Positions 23,659-37,378 are shown, numbered from the stretch's first letter. The stretch is 64,000 bases of DNA from Utricularia gibba (GCA_002189035.1 NEEC01000013.1:3100001-3164000); one strand, 5' to 3'. Notes: a model not told the origin generated them from the letters alone. Numbers and translations are program-made.

Positions 23659-26600
23659 TCAAGTTCCCTTGGAACTAGTCTGCAGTAAAATGTAAATCAC
23701 TAATATTCAAGCCACATATCACCAGTAACAGATAATGCACATGCGACAGCAACTGATATGATTACCCGTGATTCCAGTATCTTTTTGCTCTCGCTGTAAT
23801 ACTGATTTGGATGATTAATTCCCTCATCACAGGATGCACCATGAAGAGCTTCAAATGTCAGCGTGCAAGCCAACTGCAAAAAAAAAAAAAAAGAAGAATT
23901 GAACTTAGACTTTTAGTCCATACAATAATAATTCTAAAAAGGCATAACCTGATAGTGTCGATTCCGAGCTTTTCCCAGAATGTCCTCAGATGCACGGTTG
24001 CCAACTCCCACATTGCTTAGGGCAGCTCTCAAATTCTCTTCACTGCACATGCGACGCCGAAAAGCATCATCAATACGGCATACATGCCCAAAAAACGCCA
24101 AAAAAGTGCACCATGCTTAACAAATACATTTTAGATAGATATAATCAGCCCCTTCATAAAAACCAAGGCCAAAGAAAATGGTATCTAGTGATAGGCGACT
24201 ACACGAAATCTGAAAATATTTCAATTGTAAGATGATGCATAGCATAGAAATGACCTGAATTGACGAAATGGGCAGCCATGATGTTCTCCCACGCCTGGAG
24301 TCGAAGATATGACCTTATGGCATGAATAAGGGAGTAATCCTGCATTGTTAATGAATTTAATCAGCTCAAGTGCTGAAGACGCCATCGACGTTGCCTCTGA
24401 AACCCAAAAATGGGGCCGCACTGAGAAGTATCTTTTTGAATATTACAGACTTAGCAAGGAATCCTGAAAACCCAAACACGAGGAAAAATGGTGAACATGG
24501 GAAAAGTACATTACCGCCCTTTTCCCTTCTTTCCCATACGAGTGCCGTATGCTGTAAGCATATTCCTTGTCAAACCTTTCAGCAGAAACCTACGCAGTAC
24601 ACGTATGCTTTTACTGAGGATACACATTTCCAAAAGCAAAAATTAAGACAAAGATAATTGCGCTTTTCAGTTCCCTCTCAGATTATGTCCAAAATAACTA
24701 TGCGTGATTAAAACCGTACAAAGCAGGATGAGATGATTCATCATACACGATAAATGTATTCTTTCTGTGGCGTTATTCATGTTTCATTAAATTGGATACC
24801 AGAACGTATCATCACCTTCCTGGTGAATTCTGATTTCCAGAAAGCAAGAGCATCATCCAGTTTGAGTCCAATTCCCTAAGAATGAAGTGGAAAGAAAATC
24901 AGCCTTTTGAAAAGGAATGAAGCATCTTCAAATTTCAACTTTTACTACATAAACCAGTGCATAAAGGAACAATAGAAACAAAATCTAAGCTTCAGAAAGG
25001 AGATATCGCTTCAAAATCACTACAACTGGCCTTCGGCATGGAAGTATGTGCACCTTAAAAAAGAGTCCTAGTTGCATACGGCCTCCATACTTCAAGTGAT
25101 GATCATCTCTAAGCTGCACGAATAATTACAAAAGAATAAGTGATTGCGCTTGGCAGAAAAAACCACTGGACTGGAAAGTAATAACAGACTTGATACCTTA
25201 TAAAATAAGTGGCGCATACATAGAGGGAATGAGCTTTTAGCAACTCGATCAATATCCGTCAGTGATAACTCCACAAACTCTTTAGGCTAAAGTGGCATTC
25301 GTGGATTAACATACGTTTCGAGGAACTGAAATAGCAAGGACGGATATAAACTTCCTCACGAACCTGGCTATAGTCAGGACCTAAGTAGCTTGTGGGCAGG
25401 GCTTCAATGATCTGCGCAATGCAAACAGTTAGATTTTTCTTGACATAAATGGGCATAAAACGCACAACTTTTTCTGATGCATACAGGCGTCAGCCGGTCT
25501 TTCTCTTGCTCTTTGATCATAGATGTCCATTTTCTAAAAAATAATGACTTTCCATTAGTTACATAATGCTAAACAGAAAAATAAGTCTTTTTGACTAATA
25601 AACCTCTAATGTGAATGAATATAAAATAAAAGAGTCAAAACGTGATAAGGTCATTAGAATCCTTTTTCTAAAAACAAATGGATGACCAGTACATAACGGA
25701 AACGTTTCATACCGGTTAGTAAGTACTAGGGCTTTTGAGAGATGGCTCCGGTATTGTGTCATCAGGAGGTGAACCACCTGCAGAAGGCCAGGACTCAACA
25801 ATGATATGGTGGAGTTTATCTTACACATACATCTTTTATGGCCAAAGTAAATAACCTGATTCATTGCAACATATGCATAACCCTTGTGAATGAACACCTT
25901 GCGATCTCCGACTAGATTAGGAACTTCTTCAAATGGCACCTTTATTAAACATTGTATCAACAGTTGTACGAAACTAGTGAAAAGACCAGTAAATCTAAAA
26001 TGTTTGCAATTCATTTAACAGGGTTACTCCGACTGGCAAAGAGAAAGTTAGAATGAACAGGAAGGTTACCTTGTAGAACATTGAGTCAGCTGTGAGGGTT
26101 CAGAGAAGAAAAAAACACAAATCAACAACCACAGAATCCTTCCGTCTCAACCAATGCAAATTTGTCAGGAAAATGTAGTACATACCACTGGATAAAGATT
26201 GGCCTACAGAACGAACCACCTGATTCAGTTTGTCCTTGACAGCCTGAAACAAGAAGACTCGTTGTCATTCCATTTAGTATAACCGTATGAAGGAATGTCC
26301 AATAAAATGCAGTACAAAGGCTTTGCTGTTTCATGCAATGACGCCTCTTAAAGGCAGGATGAAAGAATTCCTGACCTCGTATTCTGAAGAGCTAACAGCT
26401 TTATACGGAAGGTCAAACTCCCCCAATAATGCTCTCTAACAAGAAGCCGAATGAGCAAGATTAGCCATCAATACAGCCCCACAAGCACTGCAGTAGTAGA
26501 ACAGCTTTTTAAGTTTGATCGGTGCGTACCTGCGCCTCGGGGGTTTCTAGCAGAAAACGATACTGGAACAAAGCAGTCTCCATGGAAAGAAACCTCCTCC

Positions 26601-27236
26601 GTAATTCCTCCCTATATTGACATAAAGTTCACACAAACACACGTGAGCTTGAGCGCGGAGTTTCATTTTACAAAGTGCTAGTGGACCAACAAGGAAAGAA
26701 AATGAAGAAGAAACTCACTCTCTGCAGAAGACAAGCCGCAAAACAAAATGAGAAATGATATCCTTGTTGACAGCATGAGCCTCATCTGGATGACTCATGT
26801 TTTCCTTCCATAATTTTTTTACCTACATCACGGACACTCAGATGAAAACATGAAGGAACGCAATAAAAGCATCCAACAGCTAAATCATTATCCCTTAGAA
26901 TCAGATATGGCAGTACCGTACCAAATCTTCCATCTCACTGGGTTTCTTTCCACGAGAAAGTGCATCTGAAATCCCTTTGTGAACTGCCAATTGAATAAAT
27001 GTTAGTGGAATGCTAATTGAAGTTCTGAATTCCTGTTTCCTATAATGTTTGCACGGGGCAGGGCGCCCCACTTTTCGGGAAGTCAGAAAATAACCTCGAA
27101 GGCGATGAACAGCATACAGCTCGAAGTCTTCCAACCGAACCTCGAGTTCCGGAGCCTCCCGGTACAAGGGAAATGTCGAAACGACACCGTCTGCGGAGGA
27201 GAGCGATGATCTCCGCCGGGGCCCAACAATTTCCAT
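23659..27236 (-). CDS. PRIM2: DNA primase large subunit (p58, 4Fe-4S), with one apparent frameshift
   Basis: About 17 exons. LYREAPELEVRLEDFELYA, FPLCMRHL, HHLKYGGRMQLGLFLKGIG, EYAYSIRH.YGKEGKR, PYSC.K.I..PG.G.HHGCPF, ACTLTF...INHPNQY. One base is missing at the G3 run 24330-24332. The last exon is tentative. Confidence 0.92.
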
Positions 27237-27334
27237 GAGCAAATCCAAAGGCCAATAAAAAACTACCGGAGGAGCCAAACAAAAGGTACAACGGCGAACA
27301 GTAGGAGGGAATACTGAAGACGATCTGAAAGTGC

Positions 27335-27342
27335 GCGGGAAA
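27335..27342 (-). promoter_or_regulatory. E2F/DP binding site of the primase gene
   Basis: TTTCCCGC on the minus strand, about 100 bp upstream of the ATG. This is the canonical site in DNA replication gene promoters. Confidence 0.75.
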
Positions 27343-27657
27343 GTAACCGTTCGCGCCGCTTCCACGGAGCAGGGCCGAACTGAAATCGAAATAGCCCATT
27401 TAAATGCAACAGAGCCAACCCTTGCTAAAATGGGCCAGAGGGCATGGCCTAGAGCCCATGGACGTGATTATGAAACCCACTTTTAAGCGTTGCTGTTCAG
27501 ATTTACTTTCAAACGGTATCAACTGAAATTAAAAACCAAAAACGGGGAGACTCCAGTTTCTAACCTGCTTTAACGAGGACGACTCTAAGGAAACTGATCG
27601 ACGTCCGTCTCCTCTACCTCCGAAATCATAGCAACGCAAGTGGGGGAAACTAAAACT

Positions 27658-30122
27658 CTACAATTCGGGGAATAAGAATAGCGGCTGCCCCTTCCCCCTC
27701 GCAAAAATATTGCTCTGCAAATACGAATCTTTGTCTGTTTGTAAAATGCCACGTAACGCCGACCATAAACCCCAGGAGTTTCTGCCCAACACTGCTGGAG
27801 CAGCTTGGTCGGGCGACTCGGTGAGGGGTGGACGTTGCTCGTCGCTCTCTGTAGCTTCATATATTCCTGCGAGCCCCTATAAAATCACACCTCAGGGATG
27901 CAACTCGAGCAGAGATGAATGATACTGGGAGGTACTTACTACCTTCAAGCCCCATCCAAGGGCGGCACTCTGGCTCTTTTGACGTCCATTCGCATGACCT
28001 GGGGATGGTGGCTCCACTGATGGGCTAGCGGGCAAAAATAGAGCCTGCAAAGTGGAAAGCGCAACCGCAGTCTTTAATAGCTTGATCCCTCAATTCACAG
28101 AGGGTGTGTATCTATGGACATACCCTTAGAGGAGTTGCTTCTGAACATTCAATGGCCGACATGGAAGTGATTGAGCTAGTACCCTACAAGATCCATTCTC
28201 AGAATTATATCAAGCATGACAACGGCGACATAAAATCAAATGAATATTATCCTTGCCCTTGCCTCAATCTGCACGGTGCTTCGATCACTTTTAATATTCC
28301 TTGCAATAGAAACCAAATTCTTCAATCCATCAAGCGTCTCATCCTGCACAAATTACACGATGCAAGAGGCTATAAATGCTAGAAACCAACACCGGTCACC
28401 ATCTAAGAGTCTAGGAACCTGTAATGCAGCTGCTGAAGTGATACCTGCTGATCCTCTATGCTGCTAATTGTAGTATTCTGCAGCAAAAAAGGCGCGGTAT
28501 CACGGACCACAGTTCTGTAAAACCCATCTAGGAAAGTAGATTCATGGAAAGAACATCATTCACCAGAGATTGAACTTTTTTGTGAATAAACTGCACATCT
28601 GCCCCAATTTGGTTTAGATCAACACGAAGAAGAGGAACCTGCAGAGATTCAATGAGCGACGGTCTCAGTGAAAAACACGCACCCAAACTCTAAAAATCAG
28701 CAAGGATGCCTCACATCTTCTTTAATGGAAGAAGTATTCGCCAAACATTCATCAACTTTGGAATTGACTGTATTAATTCTTGCAGACAAATTCTTCCTTG
28801 TAGCCTAGAAAAGCATAACAAAAAAATGAAAAATTATTAGTCAACACCTTTTTCCTTTATATCAAATAAAATGAGTTTCATGCATGCCCCATAAGAAGTA
28901 TACGGCTTACATTGCCTAATCACACAAAGTGAAAAAAAAAAAAAAAAACTAAAGAAATATCATTCACATTTGGAAAAGAAAACTTGCCGCAACCGAGGAA
29001 TAAACAGTTTCAAGCTGCTTAGCAACAGAAGCGCATGCATCATTTAATCCACCCCTCGTTGCGAGCATCATGTCCGGTATTTTAATACCCTAGTTGCAGA
29101 TACTGCTAAGCGTATGACCCTTGAAAATTTATGTAGCTAATGAAGAAAAAAGCCAATTACCTTCCACCAAATGTAGCCAGATCCAACAACTACTACAAGA
29201 ACTACAAGACCAAGCTTACGAGAACCTAATTAACATACGGCAGGTCAACAAGAGCTCTGCTCTAAGATCACACAATCAACATACACATGCAAATTAAAGG
29301 AATAAAAACCAAGGCCCAGAACCACAAAAAAAAAGCAGATACTTGAAGAGTCGAGGAGAAACATATGGATTACACCTTCAGAGCACTAGCACTAAAGATG
29401 CTATGTGCCCAACAGTGAATGAACAAATAATGTGTAAGCGGTTTGTAATTTTCTCAAACGATAAATTAGGGCATATCAGAACTTGGCAGAAACCTGATCG
29501 ATTTTCCGTGACAATGGTTAAGCATCCGCTTGAGGATGCAAGGATTTGCAGCTCCCTTCGCAAGCTATTAATCTGCAGAAATGTAATATTCAACTAAATT
29601 CAGCCAGTTGAGTTGAATAGTAAATGCCATTGCTACAACATGCAATATTACAAGCCACGCGTGCTGTTTGCTGATCAGGAAAAATCAAAGGGAACCCACA
29701 AGAGAACCAACAGCAACCTGTTGCATCAAAACTTCATTCTTGGGATTTGAACCCGAAAAGGACGAATCATCTCGCCCAAGTGGATTTAAGACAGTCTGCT
29801 TGTAGAAAGACACGTCATAAGTAATTTGTTAAGCTGAAAAATTGTTAGACATCTCGAGATGACGCCATGGAGAACCACCCCTACTGAAAACTTATAAAAC
29901 TACCTTAATCGCACCAGAAAGAATATCAGCTAACCGCCCTTCTTTAGCAAGAACTGTCCCCAGATAGCCTACGAATGTTTTTATGATTATCACAACATTG
30001 GGGACGAGAAACGCCGGCACGAGAACCATAGTGCCCAAAAACTTTATTAAATACCCCGATCAAATGATAGAGCACTAACCGGCACCGAGGAGGAACGTAA
30101 ACTTGGCGAGAGGAAGCGCCAT
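27658..30122 (-). CDS. DUF1664 family protein
   Basis: 13 exons assembled by hand: MALPLAKFTFLLGAGYLGTVLAKEGR, INSLRRELQILAS, VVVVGSGYIWWKGIKIPDMMLATR..L.DACASVAKQLE, a coiled coil, and GWGLK. Two GC-AG introns. Not visible in the ORF track. Confidence 0.85.
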
Positions 30123-30677
30123 TCGCTCCGATTAAAAATCGATGTACCCAGATGATGTTATCAAGCGACTAAGAAGACATCCGAGGCATTCTAAGATAAC
30201 ATTCAAGTGAAACAATGTGCGAGCGACGGCTACAGGGAGTTGATGAATCAGAAGACCTCCACGACGTACTCGACCTGCTGCCCATGTTTTCACCGCAGAA
30301 TTTTTCAACGGTTCCTATATGGGCGGGCCAGCAGCGGACTATTGGAGGCGCGTGAAGCCCCTATAACCTAAGATGGATCGTGTAATTAAAAGTTATGCTG
30401 TGGGGCCTAGAATATTGTATCGGCCCGAGCCCAGTAATAGCACAAAGTACGGAGATGCCCTAATTGGACATTTGATGAGTTGGGTTGGAATTTTGAAACA
30501 ACGGCTGTCGTATTTATGCCACGGCTGGGCTGGCTGCATGAAATGAATGCAGCCGTTCCCCTCCGTGCATGGGATGCTAATGAAAACGAGAGTTGGGGAA
30601 TTTCGTTACAAGGATCGCTGCTTTCATTTCTTTGCAAGATGAACGCAACCTGGAACGATACAAAAAAAAAAAAAGAG

Positions 30678-31061
30678 TCAAAGCCAGAGAGCTCCGGCTT
30701 CCTTGAGCAGGGGAACCAGAGTGCCGCCGATATGGGAAGCCATGACTCTGTCTACCGCGCCGACCAGCTTACCGCCGACGAAGACCACCGGCACGGAGGA
30801 GGCAGCGCCGCCGAGAAGCAGAGACAGCGTTCTCTGGATCTCCTTTCCTCTGGGATGTTGGTCGAGCTCGTAGACCGTGGGATTGACTCCCATTCCGCAG
30901 AAGAGGCGTTTGACGGCGTGGCACATGCAGCAGCCGCTCAAACTGAATACTACGACGGCGCCCCCGGAGGCCATGCGCACTACCCTTTCCAAAGCGTCCA
31001 TCGTGGGATACACGCCGCGGAAGGAAGGCGCGTAGTAGCATCGCTCAGCTTGGTATTGCAT
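30678..31061 (-). CDS. ROXY1: CC-type glutaredoxin (ROXY1/GRXC7-like)
   Basis: Intronless 127 aa with the CCMC active site, LVPLLKEAG and a terminal ALWL TGA-interaction motif. TATAAAA at 31273-31267. Confidence 0.92.
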   Translation of the reverse strand: MQYQAERCYYAPSFRGVYPTMDALERVVRMASGGAVVVFSLSGCCMCHAVKRLFCGMGVNPTVYELDQHPRGKEIQRTLSLLLGGAASSVPVVFVGGKLVGAVDRVMASHIGGTLVPLLKEAGALWL

Positions 31062-32854
31062 ATTTTGTTCAGCAGCCCAGTAACAAACCACACCTGTCGT
31101 GCTCTGCTCTGAGACGCAAGAATGGTAGAGGAATGTGTGTGCCTGTGCGGCTGTGCGTGTACACATATATAGATAGCTGCAAGCTGGTGTAGACTTGAAT
31201 TGACTAGGGTAGCTCTGCTCCGAGTGCCCTCTATTAATGGCAGGGCGCACGCATTTTTAAATATCCTTTTATAGCTCCAACTCTCTCCCAATGTGTGTTG
31301 AAAGAAAGGAGGAATAGAGAAAAAGGAGGGCCGGATGTCTGTCTGTCGGTCTGTCTCCCCATTTGAGAATGCTGGTTGCGGTTTTGGACATTCAAACTAT
31401 GGCAGGCATTGATTTCAGGGAATGAAAAAATTTATGAGGTTTGCATAAGGTGGTGGCGTCGGCGTCCGATCCAGAAGCAGCTCCCCTCCATTTATATTTA
31501 CTAATACTACTACTTTTTTCTTGCAAGTTGTGGGTACAAAATACAAATCGAGAAGCGGGCGAGGCTTGGTGGGGTAGGCTGGAGGAGCTTCATTTGGAGT
31601 TTTGGCCGACTGACAGACAGTCGGTTTATAGTTGTGGTTGCTTGTCCCCGGCCGGGCCCCCACCCGGCCTCCGGCTCGGCCCCCATCCCCATTGATTAGA
31701 GCACCCACCCCACCTTCCGGGACGGGAATGCTTCGGCCTACCCACAGGCTTTCAAAATTTGAATGGTGTTATGAATTACAGACCCAAACCCAGACCCTGC
31801 CTGCCGGGGTACCATACCATACCATACTATCACCCATTAATATCATTCCATTTCCCGCCCATTTCGGAGGCTTTGAAATCATAATAATAAAACAAATAAA
31901 ATTGCATTTTGGGCTTTCCGAGGTCCAAGAAAGTTTCCCGTGGGCCCACACCTGCGCCGCCTATTTTGGGTTGGTTATTTGGGGTAACCGAGAACCAGTC
32001 AGTTAAATTTGATGGGATGGGCCTGGGGGGTGTCTCCATAATCTCTATCTCATTCTCGGCAATGAGACAGCCGAACCGAACCACAAGGCTTTTCTTGTCC
32101 GAGATTGGAATGCGCATTGGATTGTTGGGATGGATCGTGATGTCATTAACTCAAAACTTCCAACCGGATATTGTTGCAATCAACACTTCATCGCCACGCT
32201 TCTTCCTGGTAGATTTCTAGATAGTGAAACCCATTGAAAAGCTTCAGTCTTTTTCACCTACCTTCGCCTTACTTCCATTCATCTGCACAAGCCTCCAACT
32301 TTATTCGGCTCAAGACTCTTCTTGGTTCTTGCGTCAGGATTGGATGCAGGAAAGCGTGATTCTTTACAGGGGGTTGGGCGAAACTTGAGCTCATTTTTAC
32401 CCAGCAAGTGGATTTGGTGTCGGAGGAGAGAGAGACATGGGATGCTGATGTATCCGCTCGTATAAACCGCGTACGGGTATGATAGTAAAAACCACAAAAC
32501 GGAAGGCTACAAATTTATGCAGACCGCGAACTTGTGAGTTCCCCCCAAGTGTCAAAAGATTTCTTTCTCTCCAGCTGAATTATAGCGGAGGTGCCTTATT
32601 TGCTGTTTTCTTGTACTGAATACTTTTTTTGTTCTTACTTGCTCTTCTCCTTTTTTCGCGTTTCCTTTTTTTCATGGTGCTGCCTCAACCGCTGAGGCAC
32701 GGCTGGATGGATTGTGTTGGGTTTTAGGACCAACCATAGTTTCTTCTGAGCACTGATTGTGGGTTTTTTTTTTTTCAAGAGACTAAATGTTACTGACTCT
32801 GTATTGTTCATCGAGAAGAAGGGATACTAACACATTTGATTACTGATCGAGGAA

Positions 32855-34873
32855 ATGGGTTGTTTTCCTTGTTTCGAATCGAGGGGAGAGGACAAACTCA
32901 ACCTAAAGAAAAGTAGAGATGGTGAGATAGAAGTTCACCCGATTACTCCCTCAAATATATCCTTGTTATCATCTGGTTAGCGTTATTTTCTGTGCCACAG
33001 TTTCCTGATTGCGTTTCCTTTTTGATCTTATTGAAAAGTGGATGATCTATTGATCACAAATATGATCGGATTCTCCTGATCTATTTGATTTGTCGATTTA
33101 GACCTAGTTTATCTCATACTTTGGCGTAAGAGCTGTTACTCTGGATTTAGGAAGTTCTTCTTCGTATCTTTAATTTTATCCTTATGATCGATCGATATTG
33201 GCTGGTGCTGTTACTAATAGGAGGAGACAGGCTAAAATCCAGGAGCGGACTGGGTGTAAAAAAGGAGTCGTTAGAGCAAAAAAACGCCCCTGATGGTCAG
33301 ATTGCAGCACAAACCTTCACATTCCGCGAGCTTGCCAATGCTACAAACAACTTCAGACAGGAAAGCTTCTTAGGCGAGGGTGGTTTCGGGCGTGTTTATA
33401 AGGGAAGGCTTCCCAATGGCCAGGTGGAATTGATGCTGTTAATCAGCCATGAGTTTTGAGTTTTCGTTACTGAAATTTTTTCAAACGCGTTGCTAGCATT
33501 CAAGATGATGGAGCAAAGGCATATGCTCTTGGTTTTTTATTCATGACTACGTATTAAGTCATGACAACTTCTGCAGGTTGTAGCGGTCAAGCAGTTGGAT
33601 AAGGATGGGCTGCAGGGTAACCGAGAATTTCTGGTTGAAGTTCTAATGCTTAGCTTGCTTCATCATCCCAACTTGGTGAATTTGATTGGTTATTGTGCCG
33701 ATGGAGATCAGAGGCTGTTAGTGTATGAGTTCATGCCCTTGGGATCACTAGAAGATCACCTTCATGGTAAATGCTGTTGTGCTGCTTATCTAATACTTTC
33801 TGCTTTATGCCGAAGTCTAGCCCCAAAAGTAGGTTGAGTTGAAACGCCACCGGAACTTCATTCCTTCCATACAAACAAGCTATTGCTGCCTCAAAAGTCT
33901 TTTCCTGGAATGCTGAAATCTCTAGACTTGGAGACTGGAAGTGAATTTGATCTTGATGTCTCATTGATTTTTTATCTAGATCTTCCACCTGGGAAGGAAG
34001 CGCTTGATTGGAACACAAGAATGAAGGTAGCAGCTGGTGCAGCCAAGGGACTGGAATATCTTCATGATAAAGCTAAACCCCCCGTCATATACAGAGATTT
34101 CAAATCTTCCAACATATTGCTGGGGGAAGGCTACTCCCCGAAACTTTCAGATTTTGGACTTGCAAAGCTGGGTCCAACTGGAGACAAATCGCATGTATCA
34201 ACCAGAGTGATGGGCACTTACGGCTATTGCGCCCCGAGTACGCAATGACAGGGCAATTGACAGTAAAGTCGGATGTCTACAGTTTTGGAGTTGTGCTCTT
34301 GGAGCTCATCACTGGTCGTAAGGCCATTGATAGCACACAACCACAAGGCCAGCAAAACCTTGTTGCATGGGTAAGTTAAATACCTACTCAAACCTGTACT
34401 GTTTCTTTGTGAGCTGCTGCTGCATTCTGTTCATATGTATATGACAGGCACGTCCGATGTTCGGTGACAAGAGGAAGTTCGCGAAGCTTGCTGATCCGAA
34501 GTTGCAAGGGAGGTTTCCAATTCGAGGGCTGCATCAAGCTCTAGCTGTGGCTTTAATGTGCACTCAAGAACAGGCTGCTGCTCGTCCCCTGATCGGAGAC
34601 GTTGTGACCGCGCTTTCATATCTCGCAAATCACGCCTATGATCCCAACAGAGCTTCCAGCGACGAGCGAGTTGGGAAACTAGTGAAGAATGAAGAGGGTG
34701 GCGGTTCAGGAAGGAAAGGGGATACGGAGGGGTATGAGAAGGACGATTCTCCCAGGGAAACTACTGGGAGGACTTCCAACCGGGACTTGGACCGCGAACG
34801 AGCTGTGGCGGAAGCAAAAATGTGGGGAGAAAATTGGCGAGGAAAAAGGAGAGATCCCAGTAGCAAGTTTTGA
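32855..34873 (+). CDS. PBS1: RLCK-VII receptor-like cytoplasmic kinase, PBS1-like, with one apparent frameshift
   Basis: Exons start at 32855, 33221, 33577, 33980 and 34448. MGCFPC acylation motif, [19 protein letters not shown] (AvrPphB cleavage motif), STQPQ loop, [17 protein letters not shown] tail. One base is missing in GCC-CC(C)-GAG-TAC (APEY) at 34232-34235. Confidence 0.9.
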
Positions 34874-37378
34874 TGAATAACGTGCAGTGTGGTGAATTAC
34901 ATCATAATATCTACTTTCTGTGGCCGTGGTGACAAGTTTTTAACGTGATGGCGAGAAGCTGAGTGAGCATGTATCTGAGTGCTGTGTATATTCCCGGGAA
35001 GAAGATGCTTCTGAAATCTCTTCATTGCAATCTTGGACCGCTCAACTGATACTTCCACAGGTCCATTTCAGACCAACCAACTGATCAAGAGAAGCCTTAA
35101 ATCGCTGGTGATCAGTGTGTGCTATTCAAAATCTTAAATTGAGGTTTGACAAGTGAAAACGATGACTGTAAACGGATGGTGAGATCCCCAGATGCCAACC
35201 GGAAACTACCCACCAATCCTGATAGAATGTTATCTCGAGAGAAAGGGGAGAGGGGGGCCGGAGATGATCCCCCCTTCGACTGACTCTCCTCCACTACCAC
35301 ACGAATCCCATGTATAATGTGACATAGGAAGGCCTGTGGAGTTCGTTCCCTGTGGCCACATGAAACCAGGAATCCTTCCAACTGTCGAAGTTGGAGCTCT
35401 TCCCGTTGTTTCCTGCTCCACTCTGTTTCATCCAACAAGCAACATCCAGCTACGATTTGTTCTACAACTTTTTCTTTTCTCTCCACTCCAGAACAATCTC
35501 GTATGAATAACAAAAGGCGAGATGGGGCCAAGTGGAAATCACACTAGCGATGCGTGAGCATGATTCCTCTCTTCCCCCTTTTTCGGGGAACTCCCTCTTC
35601 CTTCAACAAGTACCTGTCCCTTGTCTTTTCCCCGACGAAAACTTTTACTTTTCACGGGTGCATTGTTCCGGACACCTTCCAATTCCTGTTTTGAGGTGTC
35701 CTCACCACTAGCAGATGGCTCATGAATTCCTCCTCGAGGTAGGAAATAATATTAGCATGGGATGGATGACCCATGAAGCAACAACATTGTACACCCATGA
35801 TGTGGATGGTGCATCAAAATATATTACTTAACGGCGAATTTCCTGGATTCCTAGAGCTTTATCATAAAGATTCATCTAAGCATCCACTAAAATCTTTTGA
35901 CCATTCTGAATTCCAAGTGCGCGCGCATCCCCCTCTTCCTCCGTACGAGTATCCTCGTTCCTGTAAAAGGGTGGCTGTACAGGGAAACTTGGCTGGATTG
36001 CATTTGCGTACCCGAAACTTGGAAGGCCAGGCAGGAGGAGTTTCAGGAATCCAGAAGCCCCAGATTCCATCTATCCTTCACAAATTAGGCATTCCCCCGG
36101 GGTGAGCTTGCCCATTGAAATGGCGAAAAAGGGCAGCATAGTCATTTCATCACGTCTCTGGTTCCGGTGTGCGGTCCACAGTATCGATGATTTTACTGAT
36201 CCAATCCCCGAGCTCCCCTCATCCTCGGGGACTCCGACGTGGAAGACAGTCGTTACGACTCGGGGCAGCCGCCGGTCCCACTGCCGATGCGCAGGCAGGC
36301 GAACTTTTCGCCATGACTAATTTGCCCAGTCTCTCTTTCATACGACTCGGCTCGGGATTGATTTTTTGTTTGTTCACTGTTTAGCCTAAAGCATGTGTAT
36401 TAAAGAGCATTTGTGTTGGGCAAGCACACTTGCTGGATTAGTGCAAGGAAATGCAGGGCAGGGGAATCCCATCTTGTCAAGCATCTGCACTCTTAATAGG
36501 GCCCCGTTGCTTTTCGCTATGCTCATCAGTGGCGTGTGGGGGTCTGTAGTGTGATCAATATCGGGCACTTGGGTTGCTTGCTTCTGTAGCATCCTTGTCT
36601 GCTACTGATACCACTGCATCTTGGAATCAATCTCCCAGGAAATCAATGCCTTTCAAGAAAACTCTCCTCTCCATCTACAAGAAATGAAATGCTTTCTCAA
36701 GCTTTTGGCGATATGTTTTTGCTACGAACCTACCCACTTTCTCATGAACAAGGGGAACCTACCCAATGGAAAAAGTGTGTAAGAACAAGCTAAATGATCT
36801 GTAGCTACGGTAAGCATGACACGCGGTGACTTCATCTCGAAATTTCTGTGCAAAGCCTATGCGCACACTCAATTGTCGGAATTGCCCTCCTCTGTCGACA
36901 GTATGCATGCTCGCCACTCCCCTGTCTTCTCCGATCCTACTTGACCCTCGGAGAGGCGATTTCTCAAAACTTTGCAATCGGAAATTCATTCATTTCTCCC
37001 ATGGCAAAAGTTTTTTCCCGGAAAATGACAACAGACGTACGCACAGGTACAGACCAATTAGATGAGATGCTTGAGAAAGTTCAAGGGGGATTGAGTCTGC
37101 TTCACGCTAACATGTTCCCTTAGCCTTCATTGACCCTACTTGTTTACGTATGATAAAGCAGAAGAATACGACCAGTATACATGCATACCCCCGTTTTACT
37201 ATATAAGAGGTGGACCGCTGGGTGTTCTTGTTCAGCACTATCCTGCAACAAATTAAACCTAAATCCCCCTTTCTGCTGCGTATAAAAATTTTATCTTTTC
37301 GCTGTTGTGGTGGGGCGTGAGTTGCTACTGAAACTTAGCTTAAAGGGATCATCTTTTTGTTGTGGGAGAAGAGGGGAG

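Noticed and set aside
31062-31250. In-frame N-terminal extension of ROXY
   Set aside because: The ATG at 31250 is only about 20 nt from the TATA box, before the likely TSS. The extension is low-complexity.
32437-32448. Micro-ORF MGC* upstream of PBS1, echoing the main start
   Set aside because: About 400 bp upstream, with no evidence it lies in the transcript. Three codons can occur by chance.
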